This document shows, in pieces, positions 17,277 through 25,347 of a stretch of 64,000 nt of DNA. A model generated the notes under the pieces. That model was not told where the DNA came from. It worked only from the letters and a program-made list of their open reading frames with translations, and did not search any database. The stretch comes from a virus (lineage: Duplodnaviria > Caudoviricetes). Positions within the stretch are counted from its first letter, which is position 1. Each line of letters begins with the position of its first letter. The stretch spans positions 1 to 64,000 of IMG/VR virus record IMGVR_UViG_3300026121_000008. The stretch is one strand, 5' to 3'. Both the position numbers and the translations under genes were made by a program.

Positions 17277-18275
17277 ATGCCGCTCACCGAGGGGTTCACC
17301 ACCCGTCAAAAAATGTGCATGGGGCCTCCCAAACAGGGGCATCTGGAGAAAAAGAAGAAGAAACTGAAGACACCGTCGTATGCAGTGGCGTTGAAGTTCA
17401 ACAAGAATCATGATCCTGAATCGGGTCGATTTTCTTCCGGTGGGGGAGGCACGTCTACCAAGGACACCGATTTGGACGAGTTCACGTCTGAATCCCTGTC
17501 TCCCGCCCAGCGCACCATGCAGGCCGAGTTAGCCAAGCAGGCCAAGAAGCCGGTCTACAAGGTCAAGACGATTGAAGAAGCCGTGGTCCGAGTGCTCAAA
17601 GGGGATAACGTCGAACTGCAGGACACGAAAGCCGTGCATACCGTGCTCCAAAAGTTAGGCGAGATGGCCATCAAAGCGAAGCAGTTGAACAAGAAGGCCC
17701 CGAATTTCGACCCCTGTACGATCACGGTGAAGGGGACCAGCCTCTTTTGCTCACAAAAAATCAAGACGGATGAGTTTCCTCATGGCATCCCCCGGATTGA
17801 GATGCCGCAGTTCAAGTCCAAGAACCCGATACCGGGCAGCGAAGCGGACAAGCTCCCCCGAGACGACAACGATGAAGTCGATGCGACGGGGAAGTTTCTG
17901 GAACATCTGGCCGAGTCTGGCGTCAAGAGCAATCCCAACGCCACGATCCTCGCCCGAAAACTGAAAGCGAGTCAAGCCGAGATGGAAGGGGCCAAAGTCG
18001 CGGGCATGATGCTCTCGAACCGTGACCCGAAGAAAGCCAAGATCACGGTGTCCCGAGACGGCTATGTGGTCGATGGCCACCATACGTGGGCCGCAGCCGT
18101 AGGACGGGATGCCGAAGACGGCAACCTCGACAATGATATGGAAATGGACGTGGTGATGGTCGATCTACCCATGTCCCAGATTTACCATCTCTCCGTCGCG
18201 TGGACCAAGAAATATGGGTTGCCTGCCGCGAGTGTGAAAAAGTTTGATTGGGTTTCCATGCTAACGTTCGCGTAG
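17277..18275 (+). CDS. Tagged ParB-N-like head-cargo protein
   Basis: Tag ALKFNKNHDPESGRF; GIPRIEMPQ..LKASQ..VSRDGYVVDGHHTW, paralogous to the module at 14.2-14.75 kb. Confidence 0.7.
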   Translation: MPLTEGFTTRQKMCMGPPKQGHLEKKKKKLKTPSYAVALKFNKNHDPESGRFSSGGGGTSTKDTDLDEFTSESLSPAQRTMQAELAKQAKKPVYKVKTIEEAVVRVLKGDNVELQDTKAVHTVLQKLGEMAIKAKQLNKKAPNFDPCTITVKGTSLFCSQKIKTDEFPHGIPRIEMPQFKSKNPIPGSEADKLPRDDNDEVDATGKFLEHLAESGVKSNPNATILARKLKASQAEMEGAKVAGMMLSNRDPKKAKITVSRDGYVVDGHHTWAAAVGRDAEDGNLDNDMEMDVVMVDLPMSQIYHLSVAWTKKYGLPAASVKKFDWVSMLTFA

Positions 18276-18295
18276 TATTAACCAAGGAGCACGAC

Positions 18296-18556
18296 ATGAC
18301 CGACGCTACCACGCCGTCACCGAGCAACCCGACCACCCCGAGCACGCCGAGTACTCCGAGTACGCCGGGAGGAACGCCCCATCCCGATCAGGATCTACCG
18401 GGGAGCCGTCCGGGCACCGGGCGTCCGGGCCAGCCGGGAGTCGAACCTCATCCGGATCGTCCGGGACAGGGTCTGCCGGGTCAGCCCAGCCGTCCGGGTG
18501 CGCCCCATCCCGATCAGGATCTACCGGGGAGCAAGCCGGGACAGCCAAAGCGGTAG
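18296..18556 (+). CDS. Pro/Gly-rich small protein
   Basis: AAGGAG RBS before ATG 18296; TPS and PHPDQDLPGS repeats. Confidence 0.6.
   Translation: MTDATTPSPSNPTTPSTPSTPSTPGGTPHPDQDLPGSRPGTGRPGQPGVEPHPDRPGQGLPGQPSRPGAPHPDQDLPGSKPGQPKR
18375..18532 (+). repeat. Perfect 32-bp direct repeat (18375-18406, 18501-18532)
   Basis: CGCCCCATCCCGATCAGGATCTACCGGGGAGC occurs twice, in frame. Confidence 0.9.
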
Positions 18557-18574
18557 AGAAGGTCAGGGGCGGTC

Positions 18575-19162
18575 ATGCAGAAGAAGCTCGTCATCAAGCA
18601 AGAAGGCGAACTCCAGATTGTCCTTGGGGAAGTTTATTCGCCTATGCGTCCAGACGCCCAAGGGGAATACATGACCGCCCCTGAAATTCGGAAGATGGCC
18701 CATGAATTCATCCGGAATGGCAAGATGGGCCAGATTGACCTCATGCACGGGAACAAGATTGTGTCGGGCGCGAGTGTCGTGGAATCCTTCGTCGCGGACG
18801 AAATCGATACCCGCTTCCTCCCCGGCTCGTGGGTGATTGGGGTGCATATCCCCGACCCGGTCCTCTGGTCTGCCATCAAGAAGGGCGAGATCAATGGCTT
18901 CAGCATGGAAGCCTTGGTGACCCGCCATGACATGGACGTCGAGGTAGAGATTCCCCCCATCGTGACTGGGTTGACCAGCAAGCATGAGGAACACCAACAC
19001 AAGTTCTTCGTCGCCTACGATGAAAAAGGCCAGTTCAAAGGGGGCGTGACCGACGTGGTCAACGGGCACTCTCACCAGATCGTGGCCGGGACGCACACCG
19101 AAGATGCCAAAGGCCACCGGCACCGGTTTTCTTCAGTTGATAACGTGCAGATTCTGGGGTAG
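18575..19162 (+). CDS. XkdF-like prohead serine protease with His-rich tail
   Basis: GEVYSP..DAQGE..IRKMAHEF..IDLMH..VESF..GSW..IKKGEINGFSME; located just upstream of scaffold and capsid genes. Confidence 0.8.
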   Translation: MQKKLVIKQEGELQIVLGEVYSPMRPDAQGEYMTAPEIRKMAHEFIRNGKMGQIDLMHGNKIVSGASVVESFVADEIDTRFLPGSWVIGVHIPDPVLWSAIKKGEINGFSMEALVTRHDMDVEVEIPPIVTGLTSKHEEHQHKFFVAYDEKGQFKGGVTDVVNGHSHQIVAGTHTEDAKGHRHRFSSVDNVQILG

Positions 19163-19167
19163 AGTGC

Positions 19168-20289
19168 ATGGCGAAAATTCGAGCCAAGTTGAAGCAATTG
19201 CGGGATGCCGATGTCCGGTACATATCGCTCGTGGATCGAGCGGCCACGCGCATCCCTTTTCGAGTCTTGAAACGTGACAAGGAGAACAAGATGGGCATTG
19301 ATCTGACGAAGGTGTTCAAGTCGGACGACAGCACCGTGAAGCCCTCCGTCTCGGCCTTGGTGGTGTTTGCCCATCCTGACGAGACGGTGACGACGTCCAT
19401 CCGAGACGCCATCCAGCAGGCAGGCTTCGCCGTGGACCGGGTCCAGAAGTCGGACGAAGGCGAAACCGTGGTGTACGCCCAAGGCACGCAAAAGGGTGAG
19501 ACCACGGTGGTACGTCTGAGTGACCAGATGCTGGTGTCGGTCGTCGGGCTGAAGACCCCGGACGGCTGGGCGGGAGAGATGGTCGAGCATCTCGGCTTCT
19601 ATCCTGACCTGAAGACGGCCACCTCCACCCTGCAGGACCAGATGCAATTGGTTGCCAAGTCGGAGACGCCGCAAGAGGACGCCACCGCCGTGCTGACCAG
19701 CTATGCTTCGTATCTGGACCAACTCCTCATCCTGCCTTCGGCGTGCTTCAAGGCCGACGAGGCGGTGAGCGCGATCATCAAGAAGTGCTCGTGCGAGGAG
19801 CAGGACGACAAGGACGACGACAAAGAAGAAGCCGAAAAGGGCGAGAAGAAGGCCAAGAATCCAGCGGCTGAAGCCATCAAGGAAGAGACCGAGGCCGACA
19901 AGAAGAAGCGGGCCAAGAACCACCCCCCCGCCGAGATGGCTCCTCCGGACGAGGACGACGACCAGAAGCCGCCCCCAGATGAAGCACAGAAGGCCGATTT
20001 CGAGGGCATGATGACTGCCCTGAAGGGCATGGAAGCACGGACGACCGCCCAACTGACGGCTCTGAGTCAGAAGCTGGAGACCGTGGCCAGCGAACAGGCG
20101 ACTCACAAGAAAACGCTTGACGGCGTCGTGGAGAAGGCCGACACTTTCGAGAACACCTTGAAGGCCACCGTGACGGCAGTGCCCACCGCAGAAGATCGCC
20201 CGTCTGGCGTGGTCCGGATGCGCGTCCAGAAGGACGACGATCCGCGCACCGGGAATTTCGACACCGCATTCTTGCGGAGACGCAAGTAA
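19168..20289 (+). CDS. Putative capsid scaffolding protein
   Basis: ISLVDRAA..F N-terminal motif, acidic/coiled-coil body; lies between protease and capsid genes. Confidence 0.65.
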   Translation: MAKIRAKLKQLRDADVRYISLVDRAATRIPFRVLKRDKENKMGIDLTKVFKSDDSTVKPSVSALVVFAHPDETVTTSIRDAIQQAGFAVDRVQKSDEGETVVYAQGTQKGETTVVRLSDQMLVSVVGLKTPDGWAGEMVEHLGFYPDLKTATSTLQDQMQLVAKSETPQEDATAVLTSYASYLDQLLILPSACFKADEAVSAIIKKCSCEEQDDKDDDKEEAEKGEKKAKNPAAEAIKEETEADKKKRAKNHPPAEMAPPDEDDDQKPPPDEAQKADFEGMMTALKGMEARTTAQLTALSQKLETVASEQATHKKTLDGVVEKADTFENTLKATVTAVPTAEDRPSGVVRMRVQKDDDPRTGNFDTAFLRRRK

Positions 20290-20319
20290 GGCCATCACCA
20301 TCGTTTTTGAGGAGACGAC

Positions 20320-21264
20320 ATGACGAATCAGGAAGTAATCATCTCAAAGGCCGACCTTGCGCTGTCGGATCTGGAAACCGCAGGCAAGCTCAACCCCGAA
20401 CAGACGGATCGGTTCATCCGCACGCTGATCGATCAGCCGACCCTGCTGGCGTCCGTTCGCACCGTCGCCATGGGCGCACCGCAGATGAAGATCAACAAGA
20501 TCGGCTTCGGGTCGCGCATCCTGCACCCCGCCGTCAGTGCCACCCCGCTGCCCGAGAACCTCCGCGCCAAGCCCGACCTCGGACAGGTGCAGTTGGAGAC
20601 GCACGAAGTCATCGCGGAAGTGAACCTGCCCTACGATGTCATCGAAGACAACATCGAGAAGGGCAACGTCAACGTGCCGCTCCAGACCGGAGCCGGGGGC
20701 TTGCATCAGACCATCGTGGACCTGATCGCGGAACGCGCCGCCCTCGACCTCGAAGAACTGGCGATTCAGGGTGATACGACCAACGTCGCGGACCCCTACC
20801 TCGCCCTGAACGACGGCTACCTGAAGCAGGCGACGGCCAACGTGGTCAACGTCGGTGGTGCCTTCGACAAGGCCGCAGTCAAGCAGGCCCTGAAGACCAT
20901 GCCCACCCGCTACCTGCGGAATCGTGCGGCCATGTCGCACTTCGTCTCCATCGACAACGAGACGGAGATCCGCGACCAGTACGGCGCACGGCAGACGGCT
21001 CTTGGTGACGCGCAAGTGCAGGGGCTCCTTCCGGTGTACGTCTACGGAAGCCGGGTAACCCCGGTCGCCCTCATGCCGGGAACGCAGGGTCTGTTCACCG
21101 ACCCGATGAACCTGATCTTCGGCATCCAGCGCAACATCATGATCGAGTACACGAAGGACATTCGCGCTCGTGTGTTCATCATCGTGCTGACCTGCCGCGT
21201 GGACTTCGCCATAGAAGAAGCGAACGCAGTCGTAAAATACACCGGGATTACCGGTAGCCGGTAG
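20320..21264 (+). CDS. Major capsid protein (HK97 fold, XkdG-like)
   Basis: GKLNPEQTDRFI..EDNIE..DLEELAIQGD..DGYLK..TDPMNLIFG; strong codon bias; GAGGAG RBS. Confidence 0.85.
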   Translation: MTNQEVIISKADLALSDLETAGKLNPEQTDRFIRTLIDQPTLLASVRTVAMGAPQMKINKIGFGSRILHPAVSATPLPENLRAKPDLGQVQLETHEVIAEVNLPYDVIEDNIEKGNVNVPLQTGAGGLHQTIVDLIAERAALDLEELAIQGDTTNVADPYLALNDGYLKQATANVVNVGGAFDKAAVKQALKTMPTRYLRNRAAMSHFVSIDNETEIRDQYGARQTALGDAQVQGLLPVYVYGSRVTPVALMPGTQGLFTDPMNLIFGIQRNIMIEYTKDIRARVFIIVLTCRVDFAIEEANAVVKYTGITGSR

Positions 21265-21308
21265 CCATTCTGGCTCTGGACTTGCATTTTTGACGCTGGA
21301 GGCATACC

Positions 21309-21818
21309 GTGGCTGACAACAAGAAGGATTTCGAGAAAGACTTCGAGAAGAAGACCGAGAATGTCGGCGGCAAGCCGATGACCCCGGAAGAGGCGCAGGA
21401 AAACGCCCGTCAGGTCGAGCAGGAGAAGAAGGAAGTCGAAGAGCGGCAGCAGAAGGAACGGAACGTGCCGCCCGACTCCGTGATGAACCAGCCTGCAGGC
21501 CCGTCGCACCCCGAGACCGTCCGCTCCGCCAAGATGACGGAGAAGGAGAGCGGCGAGTCCAAGGCCAAGCGTGTGGACACCGCCGACGTCGATCCCGCTG
21601 GCGAGAAAGCCCCGGCAGGCTGGGGCAAGAAGCCCACGGTCTACGTGATGACCGACGTGAACGGCGAGAAGCTGTACGTCACCGTCAAGCAGTGGGCCAA
21701 GTACGGCCAGAAGCTGCGCGAGAAGGGGTGGACCACCCCGGAATTCGCAGAAGGTGATCCCGGCGGCAGCGAAGAGATTCCACAGGACATCGAGTGGGGC
21801 AAAGACAAGGCTGAGTAG
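21309..21818 (+). CDS. Hypothetical charged protein
   Basis: GGAGG RBS; codon bias like the capsid gene. Confidence 0.6.
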   Translation: MADNKKDFEKDFEKKTENVGGKPMTPEEAQENARQVEQEKKEVEERQQKERNVPPDSVMNQPAGPSHPETVRSAKMTEKESGESKAKRVDTADVDPAGEKAPAGWGKKPTVYVMTDVNGEKLYVTVKQWAKYGQKLREKGWTTPEFAEGDPGGSEEIPQDIEWGKDKAE

Positions 21819-21830
21819 GGGCGATGTGGA

Positions 21831-21869
21831 GGGGGGAAGAGAGTATGTAGGTACTCTCTTTCTCTTTTT
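21831..21869 (+). terminator. Rho-independent terminator
   Basis: GAAGAGAGTA(T)-GTAG-(G)TACTCTCTTT stem-loop followed by a T-tract. Confidence 0.65.
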
Positions 21870-21898
21870 GACCCCTGTTTCAAAAGGAGATTCGTCAC

Positions 21899-22045
21899 AT
21901 GGCTGGAGACAAGGGCGGGAAGCCCGAACCAACGCGCCCGACCGACAAACCGACTAAACTCCCCGAAGAATTCAAGAAGCCCACGGACAAGGGCGACAAG
22001 GGAACGAGTGGGGTGCCCGGACAACGCACGGTGCCGACTAAGTAG
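21899..22045 (+). CDS. 48-aa K/P/G-rich hypothetical protein (not in ORF track)
   Basis: AAAGGAGA RBS; MAGDKGGKPEPTRPTDK... Confidence 0.5.
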   Translation: MAGDKGGKPEPTRPTDKPTKLPEEFKKPTDKGDKGTSGVPGQRTVPTK

Positions 22046-22072
22046 TTCCCTCGTTTCAAAGGAGTGAAGAAA

Positions 22073-22480
22073 ATGGCATTGAAGACCAATGAGAAGACGC
22101 CAGAGGAGTCGGCCAAAATAGCGGCTCCCGCGACTACCGTACTGGAGTTGGCGTTGTACAAGATTTATACGTGGCAGGGTCACACCTACGAGCAGGGCAA
22201 GCCGTATCGCTTCAAGAATGAAGACGCGATGGTGCTTCTGTCCGAACAGGATATCGGACGTCAGGTCTGGAAGTTGTATCGTCCTGCCCCGAAGGCTCAT
22301 GCTCCCAAGACGGAGATTCAGGACGCTACCTCCGTCCATGCGTCCCGTCCCCCGGAGGATACATGGGGCATCTCGACGGTGAACAAGGAACAGAAGCGGG
22401 TAGACATCGGGGATGACAGCGAGATTCAGGATGTGCTGGGAGCCATCGACGCCGACACGGACGGAAATATCACGGTCTAA
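22073..22480 (+). CDS. Hypothetical virion-cluster protein
   Basis: RBS and position in the structural operon. Confidence 0.55.
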   Translation: MALKTNEKTPEESAKIAAPATTVLELALYKIYTWQGHTYEQGKPYRFKNEDAMVLLSEQDIGRQVWKLYRPAPKAHAPKTEIQDATSVHASRPPEDTWGISTVNKEQKRVDIGDDSEIQDVLGAIDADTDGNITV

Positions 22481-22482
22481 CG

Positions 22483-23274
22483 ATGCCCAGTTTCTCGATG
22501 CCTTTGTTCGTGAACCCGCAGGATGTGATTCTGCGGATGCAGTTGAGTCCGGACCTCACGGGCATTGAAGAGGTTGTGACCTCTGGGATCATCGGAGCCC
22601 AGTTGCACGTCGAGCGACTGATTGACAGCAAGCTGTGCCGCCGGTCTCAGAATGCCTTGTACTTTGTGGATGCCGAGTCCTTCTCCGGGATTGCCCCGAG
22701 CGGATTGTATCGGCTGGAGATCCCGTCCGGATTGGTCCGACAGGACGTGCCTCAAGTGGTGACGGTCGCAGATGGCGCAGTCAACGGACCATTCGCCACG
22801 TATGAAGCGATTGACACGGGCCTGATGAAGTTCGACTATCCCCGAGGCTACCTGTACGTGGATGCTGACACGTATGGCAACCATCACGTCAAGGTGCAGT
22901 GTGACACGGGCTTCGAGGACGGCACCCGGCCCTTGTCGGTCGCGGGCCTCCCGGTCTGGTCTGCCTCTACCTCGTATGCGGCAGGGCAGACGGTGGCGTA
23001 CACCGGGGTGGCGTATCAGTGTAAGCTGGCCTCTCCAGCAGGTACCCTCCCCACCAACCCCTCCTACTGGACGATGGCCTATGCGCCACAGGAGCCCATC
23101 CCTAACGACATCTACGAGGCCATCATGGCGTTGGTCCCGATGGTGTTCAACTCCCAGCAGACGACCAACCGGGCCAACGAGGCGAAGGACCAGTATCTTG
23201 CGTTGGCCAGCCATGCGGAACTACTCCTCCAACCCTACGTCCGGACGAAGGGGTTCACGTTCAGAGCCCTATGA
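22483..23274 (+). CDS. Head-tail adaptor-like protein with inserted CBM5/12-like module
   Basis: Neck position; VKVQCDTGF..IPNDIYEAI..LLQPY adaptor-like pattern; WSASTSYAAGQTVAYTGVAYQC..YW insert. Confidence 0.6.
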   Translation: MPSFSMPLFVNPQDVILRMQLSPDLTGIEEVVTSGIIGAQLHVERLIDSKLCRRSQNALYFVDAESFSGIAPSGLYRLEIPSGLVRQDVPQVVTVADGAVNGPFATYEAIDTGLMKFDYPRGYLYVDADTYGNHHVKVQCDTGFEDGTRPLSVAGLPVWSASTSYAAGQTVAYTGVAYQCKLASPAGTLPTNPSYWTMAYAPQEPIPNDIYEAIMALVPMVFNSQQTTNRANEAKDQYLALASHAELLLQPYVRTKGFTFRAL

Positions 23275-23735
23275 GACTCCTCTCCGTTACGGTGAGCGGA
23301 CAACCGGCACTGGAGAAGTCCATCAAGGGCTTGGCGGATGCCCTCGACACCACCAAGATCCTCGATGAAGGCGCGGCAGTCATCTACAACCGGATGCGGG
23401 CTCGCTTCCTGATCGAGCAGGCTCCGGACGGGACGAAGTGGCCCCCGAGTCAAGCCGCTCTCCGTAGGGCACGTAGTGGCCGGGGCGGGGGTACTTTGTT
23501 CGACACGGGCCGTCTCTTCCGGAGCATTCAGTTGTATGCGGAAGGCCCCACGACGCGGGCTATCGGCACGAATGTCACGTCCCCGCAGGGCTTTCCTTAC
23601 GCGGAGAAGCACCAATTCGGCATCGGATTTCCCCAACGGCAATTCCTTGGGTTTGCGGCGGAAGACTTGGATATGATGTCCCGTGTCATCATCAACCGGA
23701 TCATCCGGGGGTTGCAGCAGGGGATGACTCCATGA
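23271..23735 (+). CDS. Phage virion morphogenesis protein (Mu gpG/tail S-like)
   Basis: RF..EQAPDGTKW..LFDTGRL..IGTNV..YA..HQFG..PQRQFLG. Confidence 0.8.
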   Translation: MRLLSVTVSGQPALEKSIKGLADALDTTKILDEGAAVIYNRMRARFLIEQAPDGTKWPPSQAALRRARSGRGGGTLFDTGRLFRSIQLYAEGPTTRAIGTNVTSPQGFPYAEKHQFGIGFPQRQFLGFAAEDLDMMSRVIINRIIRGLQQGMTP

Positions 23736-24229
23736 GCCGTCTGACGGATGTCCTCGAAGAGGCCAAGACCAAACTCTTGCAATTGAATGCCGCGCCAGCC
23801 GACCTGACGGGCAAGGTGGTCGTCGCCTACGATGAGAACGATCTCCTCGATGTCCTGAAGGGCGTGAAGTCGCTTCCCGCTGTCGGCATCGTCTACGAGG
23901 GCATGCGGTCGATGACGGAGCAAGGCCCCACCGCACGGGTGGGTCTGTCCGCAGAGATCGTGCTGGGCTTCGTGCTCGTGGAGCGGGGCGACGAGATCCA
24001 CAACACGCTGCAGAAGCGGGTGCGGGCGATTGAATACTTGGATGCGATGCGGCTCCAGTTCATGGGGCAGCGTAGTCAGGTTACCAAGCACTTTTGGAAA
24101 TTCATGGTCGAAAGTCCAGCCGCCCTTAGAACTGGAAGTGTCTGCTGGGTGCAGCGTTGGTCCTTGCCCGTTCAATTGCCGCATAATCCCGTTAACACAA
24201 CGACCAGTAACAGCCCCTATTGTCAATGA
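23732..24229 (+). CDS. Putative tail terminator
   Basis: Position in the neck cluster; PAVGIVYEG pattern. Confidence 0.5.
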   Translation: MSRLTDVLEEAKTKLLQLNAAPADLTGKVVVAYDENDLLDVLKGVKSLPAVGIVYEGMRSMTEQGPTARVGLSAEIVLGFVLVERGDEIHNTLQKRVRAIEYLDAMRLQFMGQRSQVTKHFWKFMVESPAALRTGSVCWVQRWSLPVQLPHNPVNTTTSNSPYCQ

Positions 24230-24663
24230 CTCTCCTCGCCAGATTTGAAAAGAAATTTACAAAAACCGATGGGTGCTGGTTGTGGCAAGGGGATAAGTGG
24301 TCAAGGCCAGAACACGGCTATGGACGAATCTATGTCGAGGGTAAGCGGGTAAAAGCCCATCGTGTTTCATGGGAGTTGTACGTTGGGGCTATTCCTCCCG
24401 GTCAGTACGTTTTGCATAAGTGCGATGTTCGACTTTGTGTGAACCCAGAACACCTATTTCTTGGCACCAAGACGGATAATGCGAAGGATAGGGATCAGAA
24501 GGGTCGAACTGCTCCAGAATTTCAACGTAAGTTGACCGATAAACAGGTGGCCGAGATTAGGAATGATCCTCGATTTTGTCGAGTAATAGCTACTGAGTTT
24601 GGAGTGAGCTTGTCTTTGGTTGCCTTTATAAAGACAGGGCAACGGCGTTCTTCGGCGGTATAA
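24226..24663 (+). CDS. HNH homing endonuclease
   Basis: CWLWQG..GYG..AHRVSWEL..VLHKCDVRLCVNPEHLFLGT..DN; visibly AT-richer than flanks. Confidence 0.9.
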   Translation: MTLLARFEKKFTKTDGCWLWQGDKWSRPEHGYGRIYVEGKRVKAHRVSWELYVGAIPPGQYVLHKCDVRLCVNPEHLFLGTKTDNAKDRDQKGRTAPEFQRKLTDKQVAEIRNDPRFCRVIATEFGVSLSLVAFIKTGQRRSSAV

Positions 24664-24666
24664 CCG

Positions 24667-25347
24667 GTGGAGCCTCTCGTTTCCTGCATTCTGCCTACGA
24701 AGAACCGGGCCGAGTTCATCCCGCAGGCGATTCGGAGTTACCAGTCGCAGACGTATCCCCACCGGGAACTGGTCATCGTAGATAATGGAGATGACCAGAC
24801 GGCCATGTTGCTCCCCCCGGATCGGAGTATCCGGTATGCTAAAGTGACAGGCACCCTGACGACCGGCGACATGCGAAACCTCTGTGCGAAGTATGCGCGA
24901 GGGGAATTCATCTGTCACTTCGACTCGGATGATTGGTCCGCGCCAGAGCGGGTGGCCGATCAGGTCACCCGGCTCAGTCAATTCGGGGTGGTAACCGGCT
25001 ACCACTCGGCGTTTTTCTATGACGTGCGGGACGGGAAGTGTTACCAGTGGCATATGCCGCATTCAGCGGTGCGCTATGTCCTCGGTACCTCCCTGTGCTA
25101 CCGGAAGTCATGGTGGTCCAGTCATCCGTTCCACTCGCTCCGGGTAGGCGAAGACCTCAAGTTCTTCCAGCAGGCGCAACGGGATGCCTGTCGGTTTGTT
25201 TCGACCGCCCCGGCGAACCAGATGATCGTGGCGCGGGTCCATGAAGACCAGACCTGTCGCAAGACGCTGAATCGTAATAGCTACACCCCTATGCCGCAGA
25301 CGGCCCTCCCCAAGGCATTCCCCCGTGAAATTCAATCTTATAAGTAA
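24667..25347 (+). CDS. Glycosyltransferase family 2
   Basis: LVSCILPT..Y..QTY..ELVIVDNG..RN..HFDSDD. Confidence 0.9.
   Translation: MEPLVSCILPTKNRAEFIPQAIRSYQSQTYPHRELVIVDNGDDQTAMLLPPDRSIRYAKVTGTLTTGDMRNLCAKYARGEFICHFDSDDWSAPERVADQVTRLSQFGVVTGYHSAFFYDVRDGKCYQWHMPHSAVRYVLGTSLCYRKSWWSSHPFHSLRVGEDLKFFQQAQRDACRFVSTAPANQMIVARVHEDQTCRKTLNRNSYTPMPQTALPKAFPREIQSYK

Noticed and set aside
594-17432. Recurrent ~48-bp sequence as a CRISPR array or attC-like sites
   Set aside because: Copies are hundreds to thousands of bp apart, always in frame, vary at synonymous positions and are not palindromic, so conservation is at the protein level.
11868-21932. Long minus-strand ORFs (e.g. 14301-16334, 11868-13199, 19072-20301)
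   Set aside because: Antisense shadows of GC-biased + strand genes, with no recognisable motifs.
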